Assembly: GCA_965204115.1 (NCBI GenBank)
Contig: OZ241963.1
Span: 121,475-185,474, forward strand
Reading direction: 5' to 3'
DNA length: 64,000 nt
Origin: Minisyncoccota bacterium
GTDB taxonomy: Bacteria > Patescibacteriota > Minisyncoccia > Phycocordibacterales > JABAAK01
Part shown: one piece after another, positions 29,343 through 38,880 of the stretch
Position numbering within the stretch: the first letter of the stretch is position 1
Layout: every line of letters begins with the position of its first letter
Made by a program: the position numbers and the translations under genes
Notes under the pieces: generated by a model
What the model was told of the DNA's origin: nothing
The model's database searches: none
Seen by the model: only the letters and a program-made list of their open reading frames with translations

Positions 29343-29804
29343 ATGACGCTTTCTTCTTTTCTCTCCGTTGAAGTAGTGGGGCTGTTTGTATTGCTTGCGG
29401 GGTTTGTGGTAGGGCTGGGGGCTGTGACGGTGATTGATGTGCACGGGTTTTTGGGGAGGCGATCGGCGTACTGGAATGAGGCGACGACGCGAACGCACAA
29501 GGTGACAAAGCCGTTGATTTGGGTAGGTATCGGACTGGCGATTGTCGGCGGAATGCTGTTCTATTGGGGTGAGCCGTTGACGGGAATACCGCTGATACAC
29601 AGCATCGTGGCAGTGGTGCTGGTGTTGAACGGCTGCTTTTTATCATTTTCGGTGAGTCCGTTTCTGCTGAAAAGAGAAAAGGAGGGAAAGGCAGGAGAAT
29701 TGCTGCCGCAGTCATGGCAGCGGAAGATTATGGTGAGCTTGCTCCTCTCTGATGTGGGGTGGTGGGGAAGTTTGCTGTTGCTATCGGTGTATTTGGTCGG
29801 TTGA
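29343..29804 (+). CDS. Hypothetical 4-TM membrane protein
   Basis: Four hydrophobic segments. Start at MTLSSFL. Confidence 0.45.
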   Translation: MTLSSFLSVEVVGLFVLLAGFVVGLGAVTVIDVHGFLGRRSAYWNEATTRTHKVTKPLIWVGIGLAIVGGMLFYWGEPLTGIPLIHSIVAVVLVLNGCFLSFSVSPFLLKREKEGKAGELLPQSWQRKIMVSLLLSDVGWWGSLLLLSVYLVG

Positions 29805-29859
29805 AAAAATTGTGTTCAGGCCATTTGACAGCGGAAGAGGGTGGTACACTATCTACTAT

Positions 29860-30912
29860 ATGGGTATAGCGCATATCACACTCGGTATTGCTGTTTTTTG
29901 GTCGGCGGTGGGTATTGGGACCGGGGTTACCGCACTCATTATCCCGGGGCTTAAAAAAATGCAGGCGCAGAAAAAGAAGGATCGCAAGGAAACAATGTAC
30001 GGAACGGAAGCAGTTGAGTTTAACAAGATACGAAAAGCGGAGGAGCAGGTGGTAAAAAAAGAGCCGGTCGCGCGAATCGGAGGATTAACACTACTGCCGA
30101 CCATTCTGTTTATCGGATTGTGTGTTGCGTGGCTGCTGCAATCAGCATTGATGGCGGTATGTGTGGTACTGGTGTTCGGCGTGGCATTGGTGGCATTGTA
30201 TGATGATCTGCTTGATATCGGCTTGCTGCAGGGGAAGGTGTGGCGAGCGCGGAAGCGGCTGTTTTTAATGGGGCTTGTTGCGGTGATTGGCGGCATCGGG
30301 CTCTACTATCAATTGCTGCCCGGGACGATATCGTTTCTGCCGTTCGCGCCTTTTGAAAAAGTGCCGGTCGGGATGTGGTTGCCACTACTCTTCGCACTGT
30401 GGTATATTTTTTGGCAGGCGTCTTCTATGATAGACGGCATAGACGGCTTGTCTGGTAGTATTTTTTTAGTGCTGTTTCTCGGCACCGCGGCAGTGAGTGC
30501 GCTGCAGGGAGCCATTGAACCGTTCTTGCTGAGCGCGCTGGGAGCAGGGACGATGGTGCCGTGGCTTTTTGTGAACTATGCGCCGGCGAAAGCGTATTTG
30601 ACCGAGACCGGCATCACCATCCTACTTATGCTGTACGCACTGATTTCGTTCTTGCTCGGTAGCGGCACTGATAACGCCGACGGTTTATGGGTTGGTGGTA
30701 TTTTCGGTCTTGTCCTGATAGCAACATGGGGGTCTAATGCGATCCAGTTGCTGTATCGGAAACAAACCGGCAAAAAATTATTTCGTATTGCACCGCTCCA
30801 CCACCACTTTGAGGCACTCGGGTTGCCGGGGCATGCCGTTGTCACGCGCTATATGCTGGCAACTATCATCTGTGTCATAGGCGGACTGTCTATTCTCCTC
30901 TTGTTACGATAA
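29860..30912 (+). CDS. mraY: Phospho-N-acetylmuramoyl-pentapeptide transferase (MraY; glycosyltransferase family 4)
   Basis: Polytopic protein with MIDGIDGL and the C-terminal APLHHHFEALG motif diagnostic of MraY. Confidence 0.75.
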   Translation: MGIAHITLGIAVFWSAVGIGTGVTALIIPGLKKMQAQKKKDRKETMYGTEAVEFNKIRKAEEQVVKKEPVARIGGLTLLPTILFIGLCVAWLLQSALMAVCVVLVFGVALVALYDDLLDIGLLQGKVWRARKRLFLMGLVAVIGGIGLYYQLLPGTISFLPFAPFEKVPVGMWLPLLFALWYIFWQASSMIDGIDGLSGSIFLVLFLGTAAVSALQGAIEPFLLSALGAGTMVPWLFVNYAPAKAYLTETGITILLMLYALISFLLGSGTDNADGLWVGGIFGLVLIATWGSNAIQLLYRKQTGKKLFRIAPLHHHFEALGLPGHAVVTRYMLATIICVIGGLSILLLLR

Positions 30913-30930
30913 GAACAGTATTTTATTTGT

Positions 30931-32097
30931 ATGCAAAAACTCATTCGCCACTACATCACTAAAAAAGAGCAGTTGCGGCAGTTGATACTGCTGATAATCG
31001 GCGTGCTGTTCGGTATGGGGCTGTTTTTTTTGTTCTATGCGTATATTGCTGAGGCGATACGGCTGCCGAGCACGAAAATTTTTACTAACCTTGGCGTGCA
31101 GATTGCGGCGTTTGGGGTCGGGTTGGTGGCGATGTACTTTGTGTCACGATTGAAGTACCAATTCTATCGCCGGCATATTTTTTTGATCGGTGCGGTGTCG
31201 GTGGTATCCATGCTCCTGCTCTTAACACCGCTGGCGATTGAGCGAAACGGTGCGGTGCGGTGGCTTGATCTTGGCGCACTACAATTTCAGCCATCTGAAT
31301 TGTTGAAACTGGGGTTTGTGCTGTTTTTTGCGTTCCTGTTCACCCAGAAAAATATCAGAAAAAACACAAAAAAGATGCTCATCTTTACCGTTGCCGGGTT
31401 TGCTGTACTGCTGGGAGCCTCAATACTGCAGCCGGACTACGGATCGGCCGTGATTATTGGTAGTGCGATCATGGGTATGGCGATTATCGCTCGATTGCCG
31501 AGGACCTGGTGGATCAGCATATTAAGCGCATTGATTGTTGCGAGTGTGGCGATTAGTTTTGTCGCGCCATCGTATATCGCGAATCGCTTTAAGGTTTTCT
31601 ATGATGTGAACTTTGGGGAACTCACTCCGGAGCAGCGATATGGCGAGGCGTATCATTCCCTCCAAAACCTGGAGGCGGTGCGAGTCGGCGGGCTCATCGG
31701 GCAGGGGCCGGGCTATGTCGCACAGAGCTCGCGCCTCAGCATTCCTGAAGTGACAACTGATTCTATTTTCGCCCTTATCGCGGCAGAAGTCGGCTTTATC
31801 GGGTCGTTCATCCTGATTATGCTCTTCTTGTTCTTTTTCTTGATATGCTATACCATTGCCGATTTTACCAAAGACCCCTTCGGGAAATATGTTGTCGTGG
31901 GTATCACCACGCTTTTTGCCGCACAATTTTTTGTGAATATCCTCGTGGTGCTCGGGCTGCCTGCGACCGGTATCCCGCTCATCTTCTTTAGTCGTGGTGG
32001 AAGTTCACTGGTCATTACGCTCGCTTCAATAGGTATTATCTTAAATGTCTTGAGACAAAAGCCGATGCGACGGGAGATCTATCGTGGAGAACTGTGA
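30931..32097 (+). CDS. ftsW: SEDS-family peptidoglycan glycosyltransferase (FtsW/RodA)
   Basis: 10-TM SEDS profile with the conserved PDYGSA, periplasmic-loop and GGSS motifs. Positioned right after mraY. Confidence 0.75.
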   Translation: MQKLIRHYITKKEQLRQLILLIIGVLFGMGLFFLFYAYIAEAIRLPSTKIFTNLGVQIAAFGVGLVAMYFVSRLKYQFYRRHIFLIGAVSVVSMLLLLTPLAIERNGAVRWLDLGALQFQPSELLKLGFVLFFAFLFTQKNIRKNTKKMLIFTVAGFAVLLGASILQPDYGSAVIIGSAIMGMAIIARLPRTWWISILSALIVASVAISFVAPSYIANRFKVFYDVNFGELTPEQRYGEAYHSLQNLEAVRVGGLIGQGPGYVAQSSRLSIPEVTTDSIFALIAAEVGFIGSFILIMLFLFFFLICYTIADFTKDPFGKYVVVGITTLFAAQFFVNILVVLGLPATGIPLIFFSRGGSSLVITLASIGIILNVLRQKPMRREIYRGEL

Positions 32098-32120
32098 TGC
32101 AGTCAAGATGATGGAGGGCG

Positions 32121-32747
32121 ATGTATACTACTGTTATGCAAAGAAAAGAAGTAGTGAAGGGGATTTTTGATTATACATCAATCGTGGTGTCATTTCTGAT
32201 ATTTTTTCTGGCGTGGTTCAATGGCAACTTAACTGATATGCCGTGGTATGGGCTGTTGCTGGTCATTGTATTGACGACAACGGCAGCGTTGGGGGTTTTC
32301 GCGATGCTGGAGATACGCAATCATAAACGACTGGCAATTGCACTCGGTGTTTTGCTCCTGTTGATGAGCGTACCGTCTATGGCACATCACGCGTTGGGTT
32401 TTTCTTCCGGGCTTGAAGCCGCTGTCTTTTACCTTAAACAGATATACATCCCGCTCCTTGCTGGTGGCTCGCTTTTCCTGCTCCTGAAAAAGCAGCAGAA
32501 AACATGGCAAGTACTTTTGCGCTGGGGCACCCGGCTTTACGCTCTACTCGGTACTACGATCGGCATTGTTCTTCTTTACAATAATTTCATACAAAATGCA
32601 CCCATTGAGACGGCAGGAGTACCCGACGAGATAGCAACAGCACTTACCATCGCCATGATCGTCGGCATCATCCTCACTGTTATCGGACTCCTCATAAACC
32701 CACTCTATGTCGTGTGGCGCAATGAAACGCGAGATATGAAGAGATAG
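32121..32747 (+). CDS. Hypothetical polytopic membrane protein
   Basis: 6 predicted TM segments; no recognisable motifs. Confidence 0.4.
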   Translation: MYTTVMQRKEVVKGIFDYTSIVVSFLIFFLAWFNGNLTDMPWYGLLLVIVLTTTAALGVFAMLEIRNHKRLAIALGVLLLLMSVPSMAHHALGFSSGLEAAVFYLKQIYIPLLAGGSLFLLLKKQQKTWQVLLRWGTRLYALLGTTIGIVLLYNNFIQNAPIETAGVPDEIATALTIAMIVGIILTVIGLLINPLYVVWRNETRDMKR

Positions 32748-32790
32748 CGGCGTTGTGATACCGCACATTGCAATGTGATACACTGCTCGT

Positions 32791-34938
32791 ATGGCTACTC
32801 AACCGGAAATTCCTGAGGTTTTCCTATCTCCCTATAACCACACTGATACTGAAGAGCAAATATATGCGCTATGGGAAAAGAGCGGATACTTTAACCCAGA
32901 CAACCTGCCGGGCAGGCGAAAAGAGGCATATACCGTGATTATGCCGCCACCGAACGCAAACGGCTCGCTGCACGCGGGACATGCGCTGTTTGTGACTCTG
33001 GAGGATATGATGGTGCGGTATCAGCGCATGCAGGGCAAAAAGGCGCTGTGGGTACCCGGGGCAGATCATGCAGGATTTGAAACGCAGGTAGTGTACGAAA
33101 AGAAATTAGCGAAAGAAAAGCGATCGCGCTTTGGTATGCCACGAGAAGAGCTCTACAATGAGATATTGGCGTTCACCCTGGAAAATAAATCACATATGGA
33201 GCGACAACTACGCTCACTCGGAGCAAGTTGCGATTGGTCACGCATGCTGTTCACCCTTGATGACCGTGTGAAAGAGCAGGTGTACGCGACTTTTGTGCAG
33301 TTAGAGAAAGATGGACTGCTGTATCGTGGCTTGCGTTCGGTGCATTGGTGTACAAAGTTCCAAACCGGTCTCTCTGAGTTGGAATTGGACCATCAGGAAC
33401 GGAAAGACCCCTTTTACTATTTTCAGTACGGTCCGTTTGTAATTGGCACCGTGCGACCGGAAACAAAATTTGGTGACAAGTATGTGGTAGTGCATCCGGA
33501 CGATGAGCGGTACAAGGAGTACGAACACAGACAGAAAATAACGGTTGATTGGATCAACGGTCCTATAGAGGCGATGGTGATAAAAGATGAGGCGGGAGAC
33601 CCGGAAAAGGGAACCGGCGCGATGACCATCACCCCCTGGCACTCAAAAATTGACTGGGAAATAGCACAGCGGCATGATTTAGAGGCGGAGCAGATCATTG
33701 ACGAACGAGGAAAACTATTGCCAATCGCAGGAGAATTTGCCAGCATGAACAGTATGGAAGCCCGTGGAAAAATTGTGGAAAAAATGGGGAAAATGGGACT
33801 ACTCGTTCGTACTGATGAGGATTATGAGCACAGTGTGGCGCTGTGCTATAAATCCGGGCGGGAGATTGAACCGCAGCTGAAGCAGCAATGGTTTGTTAAA
33901 ACAAAACCCTTGGCAGAAAAAGCAACTGCGGCAATTAAAAATGGAGAAGTGTCATTTGTGACCGAGCGGCACGAGCGAGTCGCCCTGCATTGGCTCTCAC
34001 AGATACAGGACTGGAATATATCACGGCAAATTGCATGGGGTATACCGATACCGGCAAAGATCTGCACTCAGTGTGATCACGGTATGGTTGATATTGACAA
34101 CACTATAACAGAATGCACAAAGTGCGGCGGAGCGGTTGAACAGGACCCGGATACCTTTGACACCTGGTTTTCCTCAGGGCAGTGGCCATTTATCACCCTC
34201 GGATACCCGGACGGAAAAGATTACAAAACATTTTACCCAACCGATATGATGGAAACCGGCAATGACATCCTGTTTTTCTGGGTGGTGCGCATGATACTGC
34301 TTGGGCAGTATCGCACCGACAAGGTGCCGTTTAAGAAGGTGTACCTGCACGGCTTAGTGCGCGACAGCAAAGGAGAAAAAATGAGTAAGTCAAAGGGTAA
34401 TGTCACTGACCCGACTGAGGTGGCAGGAGAGTACGGCACCGATGCAATGCGCATGGCATATATCGTCGGTAATGTACCCGGAGAGCATATTAACTTCTCG
34501 TTGGATAAAATTCGTGGGTATAAGAAATTTGCAAACAAGGTGTGGAACATCGGACGATTTGTCTTAACTGAGACAAGCGGCTGTGTCTACACAAGCGCCC
34601 TTACCAAACAGGACAAAGAATACAAGAAAGTGTTTGACACACTACTCAAAGAGATAACCGATGATATGGAAGAGCATCGATATCACCTCGCCGCTGAAAA
34701 AATCTATCACTATGTATGGCACACCTTCGCTGACACTATCATTGAGGAGAGTAAAGATATTCTCTCAGGAGACGACGCCGACAGCAAGCAGTCACGGCAA
34801 TCATTGCTGCTGTACCTTTTTACCGCGTCACTCAAAACACTCCACCCCTTTATGCCCTTCATCACCGAGACGATCTGGCAGCACATTCCGGAGGGGGAGT
34901 ACAAAATGCAAAAACTCCTTATTGTTGAGCAATGGTAA
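32791..34938 (+). CDS. valS: Valine--tRNA ligase, short form (715 aa) with no C-terminal coiled-coil
   Basis: Class-I HIGH region PPPNANGSLHAGHA, KMSKS loop EKMSKSKGN, and an internal Cys-rich insertion (C..C...C..C). Confidence 0.7.
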   Translation: MATQPEIPEVFLSPYNHTDTEEQIYALWEKSGYFNPDNLPGRRKEAYTVIMPPPNANGSLHAGHALFVTLEDMMVRYQRMQGKKALWVPGADHAGFETQVVYEKKLAKEKRSRFGMPREELYNEILAFTLENKSHMERQLRSLGASCDWSRMLFTLDDRVKEQVYATFVQLEKDGLLYRGLRSVHWCTKFQTGLSELELDHQERKDPFYYFQYGPFVIGTVRPETKFGDKYVVVHPDDERYKEYEHRQKITVDWINGPIEAMVIKDEAGDPEKGTGAMTITPWHSKIDWEIAQRHDLEAEQIIDERGKLLPIAGEFASMNSMEARGKIVEKMGKMGLLVRTDEDYEHSVALCYKSGREIEPQLKQQWFVKTKPLAEKATAAIKNGEVSFVTERHERVALHWLSQIQDWNISRQIAWGIPIPAKICTQCDHGMVDIDNTITECTKCGGAVEQDPDTFDTWFSSGQWPFITLGYPDGKDYKTFYPTDMMETGNDILFFWVVRMILLGQYRTDKVPFKKVYLHGLVRDSKGEKMSKSKGNVTDPTEVAGEYGTDAMRMAYIVGNVPGEHINFSLDKIRGYKKFANKVWNIGRFVLTETSGCVYTSALTKQDKEYKKVFDTLLKEITDDMEEHRYHLAAEKIYHYVWHTFADTIIEESKDILSGDDADSKQSRQSLLLYLFTASLKTLHPFMPFITETIWQHIPEGEYKMQKLLIVEQW

Positions 34939-34959
34939 ACACAGTTTAAATAAACTAAA

Positions 34960-34995
34960 CATCTCGCTCAACAGAACGAGATGCTTGATTTTGTT
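34960..34995 (+). terminator. Intrinsic terminator after valS (CATCTCG-ctcaacagaa-CGAGATG + CTTGATTTTGTT)
   Basis: Hairpin plus U-rich tract 20 nt after the stop. Confidence 0.6.
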
Positions 34996-35027
34996 AAACC
35001 TTTTAAACGATATCCCTTTATTTTCAA

Positions 35028-35366
35028 TCACATCTGTGACACTAAATCACGCAAATCACGCAGCGACCCATTTCGCTGACGGGTAATTAAAAGGCATACC
35101 GATTGAATCTCCTCATCAGTAATTGGGTTTTCTCCCAGATTTCGTCCGCCGGCACCCCAGCCACTCAACTCTTTTTTCGCACTGTCTACCGCATCCGAAA
35201 AATCATCAGCAGACCAAGCGGAGTCAACATTTTTATCAATCCAATCATCAGATTTTTTTTTCAAATTTTCTAAACTAACCATTCCCTCCGATGAGTCTAA
35301 CTTTTCAGCCCCCTTTTTTTCATCCTGCCCCGTTTTATTTTGTAATTCAAACCTCTTTTTTTCCAT
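35028..35366 (-). CDS. Hypothetical hydrophilic low-complexity protein
   Basis: 112-aa ORF with no SD and no recognised motif. Confidence 0.3.
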   Translation of the reverse strand: MEKKRFELQNKTGQDEKKGAEKLDSSEGMVSLENLKKKSDDWIDKNVDSAWSADDFSDAVDSAKKELSGWGAGGRNLGENPITDEEIQSVCLLITRQRNGSLRDLRDLVSQM

Positions 35367-35451
35367 AAAATATAATTTACTTTAGTAATACTATAAAGCA
35401 TACCACATAAAAACAGGGTAGTGCTGCCATGCTGGTATAGTATAGGTATCA

Positions 35452-35524
35452 GCCACCTTAGCTCAGTTGGTAGAGCAGCGCACTCGTAACGCGCAGGTCG
35501 TCGGTTCAAATCCGACAGGTGGCT
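35452..35524 (+). tRNA. tRNA-Thr (anticodon CGU); no CCA encoded
   Basis: Cloverleaf: acceptor GCCACCT/AGGTGGC, D-arm GCTC-AGTTGGTA-GAGC, anticodon loop CTCGTAA (U33, CGT, A37), T-arm GTCGG-TTCAAAT-CCGAC, discriminator T. Confidence 0.9.
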
Positions 35525-35526
35525 CT

Positions 35527-35984
35527 TGGCTCAGGTATCCACCGAACACTCCTGCTTCAGGGGCGACACTCCGTATAGCTCCGTTCCTCGCAACAATGAT
35601 GACACTACTTTGTAAAAGATAACGGGTATTTCCCCATAGTTAAGTTGCTCGTAACGGACTATACTCCGTGTCGCGGTTTCTCTGTGTAGTGTTCGGTGTG
35701 TACCGTTCGCTGTGGGTAAGGCGAAGTCGAAGGGTGTTTGGGTAGAAGACGCGCTTTTCGCTGTAGGGGTATTGGGGCGGGGGATGTGCTTTTCGCCGTT
35801 AACGGTGTCGTGTTTTGTGTACCGCAGCCATCATTTCCCCATATATAGTTATTTTGTCAAGCCCTATAGTGCATGAGGGTGCGTGGCGATACTGAGGAAG
35901 AATATCAAATCAATACTCCTTCAGCGCTTCCCGAAGAGGATTAATTTTGGCACAATCACAGGATAGTATGGTAGTATAGAAAGT
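35527..35984. other. 460-bp ORF-free spacer with long-range complementary segments (possible unrecognised ncRNA or degenerate remnant)
   Basis: No ORF of 60 aa or more on either strand. ccaccgaacact (35541) is complementary to agtgttcggtg (35688). Repeated gc(g/t)cttttcgc motifs. Confidence 0.4.
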
Positions 35985-36674
35985 ATGAAAATAGCGTTTG
36001 CAAAACGAGAGGTGACGGGCAAAAAAGTTGGAGGTCTGCGGAAGCAAGGACAGACCCCGGTTGTCTGTTACGGCAATAAGGAAGAGTCGCAGTCATATGC
36101 CGTTGCCACAAAGGCACTGAAAACAGCACTGACCTCTGACAGCGTGGTATTTGAAACAGGCGGCGATGTGCCGGGAAAGCAAGTGATGGTGCAGGATATT
36201 GACTATCACCCCATCACTGAGGAGCCGATTCATGTTGACTTTCTTTTTGTGGATGCGACACATGAGGTTACCCACGAAGTGCCGGTGCAGGTTGAGGGAG
36301 AAGCGCCCGCGGAAAAAGCATACAACGGACAAGTGCTGGTAACGCTTGACAAAATTGAGGTGCGCGCCCTGCCGCAGCATATCCCGAGCCAAGTTATTGC
36401 TGATATCAGCACGCTGGAAGAGATCGGCTCCCGCCTTACGGCATCTGCTATACCACTCCCCGAGAATGTTACACTGGTAACCAATGCGGATGAGATCATC
36501 GTGTCCGTCGTGGAAGAATCTCAAGAGGAAGAAGAACCAACAGAAACTGATGAAGACTACTTATCAAAAATTGAAGTTACCGGAAAAGGCGGTAAGAAGG
36601 ATGCCGAGGACGGTGAGGACGGCGGTGATGAGCAGTCCGATAAGTCCGGCGGAGAACCCTCTGACGGGGAATAA
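35985..36674 (+). CDS. rplY: Ribosomal protein bL25 (general stress protein Ctc form) with an acidic C-terminal tail
   Basis: MKIAFAKREVTGKKVGGLRKQGQTPVVCYG...IHVDFL matches L25/Ctc. C-terminus is Glu/Asp/Gly-rich. Confidence 0.8.
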   Translation: MKIAFAKREVTGKKVGGLRKQGQTPVVCYGNKEESQSYAVATKALKTALTSDSVVFETGGDVPGKQVMVQDIDYHPITEEPIHVDFLFVDATHEVTHEVPVQVEGEAPAEKAYNGQVLVTLDKIEVRALPQHIPSQVIADISTLEEIGSRLTASAIPLPENVTLVTNADEIIVSVVEESQEEEEPTETDEDYLSKIEVTGKGGKKDAEDGEDGGDEQSDKSGGEPSDGE

Positions 36675-38355
36675 CCGAAGAGGTGGCGAAAGCGCTTCAG
36701 TGCGTGTGGCTTCGTGGATACTCTTCTGTGCGTTTTTTCTGCTCCTGTTCTTGCCCTATTCATTCCCGGCGCAGTCAGAAGAGTGTTTTACTAATCTCGG
36801 CGGTAGTCGGAAAGAATTAGAGCAGGCACTCGCAGAATGCCAGGCACAAATTGAAAAAAACGAACAGATACTGCAGCAGCAGACCACTGAGCGAAAGGGC
36901 ACTGAATCTGACATCTTATTAATAAACAACGAAATCAACAAAGGACTCGTGCGTATCAAACAAATTGATGCGGCGATAAAATCGTTGGGGGCAGAAATTG
37001 TGGACAAAGAAGAAACCGTGCAGAATCTTACCAAGGAATTCTCTGAGAGTCAGCAGTTTTTGCGCACGCTCCTACAGCGCATCAATGAATCAGAGCAAAC
37101 CGGGTTTGCCCGATTTCTCTTCTCCAATGCGACCCTTTCGTCATTCTTCGTCCGCGTTAACGAACACCAATCGTTGCGGGAAACGGTGGAGGACTCTATA
37201 CGCAAAGTAACCGCACTGCGGGAGCGAGTTGCGGCAAACATTGATGATTTGGAGGATAAAAAGGAGGAACGAGGGTCGGCGCGACAGCAGCAGCGTGCGG
37301 CGGTGAATCAAGTACAATATCAGCGCAAAGAGAAAGAGCGGCTCCTTGATCTGCAGGTGACCCGTGAAAAACAAACCGCGGAAAAATTGAATGAGTATGA
37401 GCAGCGTGTCGCAGAGATACAAAACCGACTCTTTGAACTGCGGGGCAGTGGGGATATTTCATTCGGACAGGCGGTGCAGTATGCTCAAGAAGTGGAGCGA
37501 GCGACGGGTGTGCGCCCCGCTTTTCTGCTTGGGCTGATTAAAAATGAATCTGATCTCGGGAAAAATGTCGGCACCGGAAACTACCTCACTGACATGCACC
37601 CGACTCGGGATGCGCCGATTTTCCCCTATATTGCGAAATTGCTCGGCTTTAGGGATCCGAGTGAACTGAAAGTGTCGGCGAACCCCGGGTTCGGCTGGGG
37701 AGGCGCAATGGGGCCGGCGCAGTTTATTCCGTCAACCTGGGTTCGATTCGGTGGGTTGATCAATGTCAAAACCGGTGGTGTCAATCCCGGAAAAAATATC
37801 ATACAAACGACGCAAATACTCCAAGTAGGGAGTACCGGTGCGGATGTGAAACGGCTGCAACAGTTTCTCAATCAAAACGGTTTTACCGTTGCGACGAGCG
37901 GTGAAGGTAGTCCCGGCAAAGAGAGTAGCCGCTATACCAATAAAGTTGCGGCAGCGGTCAGCCGTTTTCAGGAGCACTATGCGCGCAGGATTTTGAAGCC
38001 CTATGGCTATACCCGCGGCACCGGCGCTGTCGGCAACTCAACAAGAAATGCTGTCAACCAACTCAACTTTTTCTCCGGTCCGTGGCAGTATCGATCGGAT
38101 AAGGATATGATACGAAAAAAGGCAGGGAATCACCGCCCTTCCAACCCGTGGAATCCCCGTGATGCGTTCTTCGCTTCAGGTATCTACCTCCAACAGCTCG
38201 GTGCCGCACGAGATGAGTGTAACGCCGCCGCCAGCTACTATGCCGGACCGGCGTGGCGAAGCGGACGCTACAAGCAGTATGCGCTCAACTACTGCAAAGC
38301 AGTGCTCTCTAATGCCCGGATATTCCAGCGGGATATTGATTACCTTGATGGTTAA
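36628..38355 (+). CDS. Secreted lytic murein transglycosylase-like protein with a coiled-coil region and a peptidoglycan-binding domain
   Basis: Signal peptide (...VASWILFCAFFLLLFLPYSFPAQS). Long coiled-coil. MltB/Slt-type GPAQFIPSTW motif. PG_binding_1-like segment TGADVKRLQQFLNQNGF. The start could instead be the GTG at ~36700. Confidence 0.65.
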   Translation: MSSPISPAENPLTGNNRRGGESASVRVASWILFCAFFLLLFLPYSFPAQSEECFTNLGGSRKELEQALAECQAQIEKNEQILQQQTTERKGTESDILLINNEINKGLVRIKQIDAAIKSLGAEIVDKEETVQNLTKEFSESQQFLRTLLQRINESEQTGFARFLFSNATLSSFFVRVNEHQSLRETVEDSIRKVTALRERVAANIDDLEDKKEERGSARQQQRAAVNQVQYQRKEKERLLDLQVTREKQTAEKLNEYEQRVAEIQNRLFELRGSGDISFGQAVQYAQEVERATGVRPAFLLGLIKNESDLGKNVGTGNYLTDMHPTRDAPIFPYIAKLLGFRDPSELKVSANPGFGWGGAMGPAQFIPSTWVRFGGLINVKTGGVNPGKNIIQTTQILQVGSTGADVKRLQQFLNQNGFTVATSGEGSPGKESSRYTNKVAAAVSRFQEHYARRILKPYGYTRGTGAVGNSTRNAVNQLNFFSGPWQYRSDKDMIRKKAGNHRPSNPWNPRDAFFASGIYLQQLGAARDECNAAASYYAGPAWRSGRYKQYALNYCKAVLSNARIFQRDIDYLDG

Positions 38356-38370
38356 AAAGTGTATAAAAAA

Positions 38371-38425
38371 CAAACGGGGCACTAAGAGTACTTTCAATGA
38401 TGAAATACGCTTAGTGCCCCGTTTG
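38371..38425. terminator. Long palindromic hairpin (CAAACGGGGCACTAAG...CTTAGTGCCCCGTTTG) flanked by A/T runs
   Basis: 16-bp perfect stem 15 nt after the transglycosylase stop. Confidence 0.55.
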
Positions 38426-38615
38426 CCAATGTAAAGTGTTACATTTTTATGGTGTATAATTTGTAATTCTTTTCGTCCTGCCATGGACTCTTCAGGCGAC
38501 TGGCATCAAGCCGCTAAGAACTGCTACAAATAGGGATCTGTTTATCTGATGTATATAATAGCATATAAATACCTAAATGTCAAACCCCTGTATAGCAGCC
38601 CTTAAAAATACTCCC

Positions 38616-38880
38616 TTTTATCCACAAACCCTTATTTCACGGGCTATTTTAGTGATATACTCAGTATATATAAAAGGCACCTGCCCGCAAGAGGTTGACA
38701 ATTGTGTTGTGTTGTGGTATAGTAATATCAGTGATGGGGATTTAGACAATTCTCTTAAGGTGTATTTGGGAAGCGGCAACCTATTAAATAGAGGGGAAAC
38801 CTCTACATTGTGTATTAAGCGCAATCCACAAGTCACCTTAAGAGAGTTGTATAAATGTATAGTTTGTATGACTTTGGTCT
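38616..38880 (+). promoter_or_regulatory. Copy A of a duplicated promoter-leader cassette: a 137-bp conserved 5' block (incl. TTATCCACA and a sigma70 promoter), a 75-bp unique insert bracketed by a 14-bp inverted repeat, and a 44-bp conserved 3' block
   Basis: Near-identical to 62125-62381 except for the insert. Promoter TTGACA(38695-38700)-17 bp-TATAGT(38718-38723). IR caattctcttaagg (38747-38760) / ccttaagagagttg (38836-38849). Confidence 0.8.

Noticed and set aside
38441-38470. 12-mer TGTATAATTTGT (extended -10-like) shared between the region ~170 bp upstream of cassette A and the variable insert of cassette B (62300-62311)
   Set aside because: A single exact 12-mer in AT-rich sequence can arise by chance, and the flanks diverge quickly. 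It is recorded in case further copies show it is part of the element.
38618-38626. Perfect DnaA box TTATCCACA in both cassette copies (also 62127-62135), as a hint of oriC
   Set aside because: There is a single box per copy, with no cluster of boxes and no adjacent AT-rich unwinding element. dnaA and dnaN are not present nearby. The box is more likely part of the cassette's upstream regulatory sequence.
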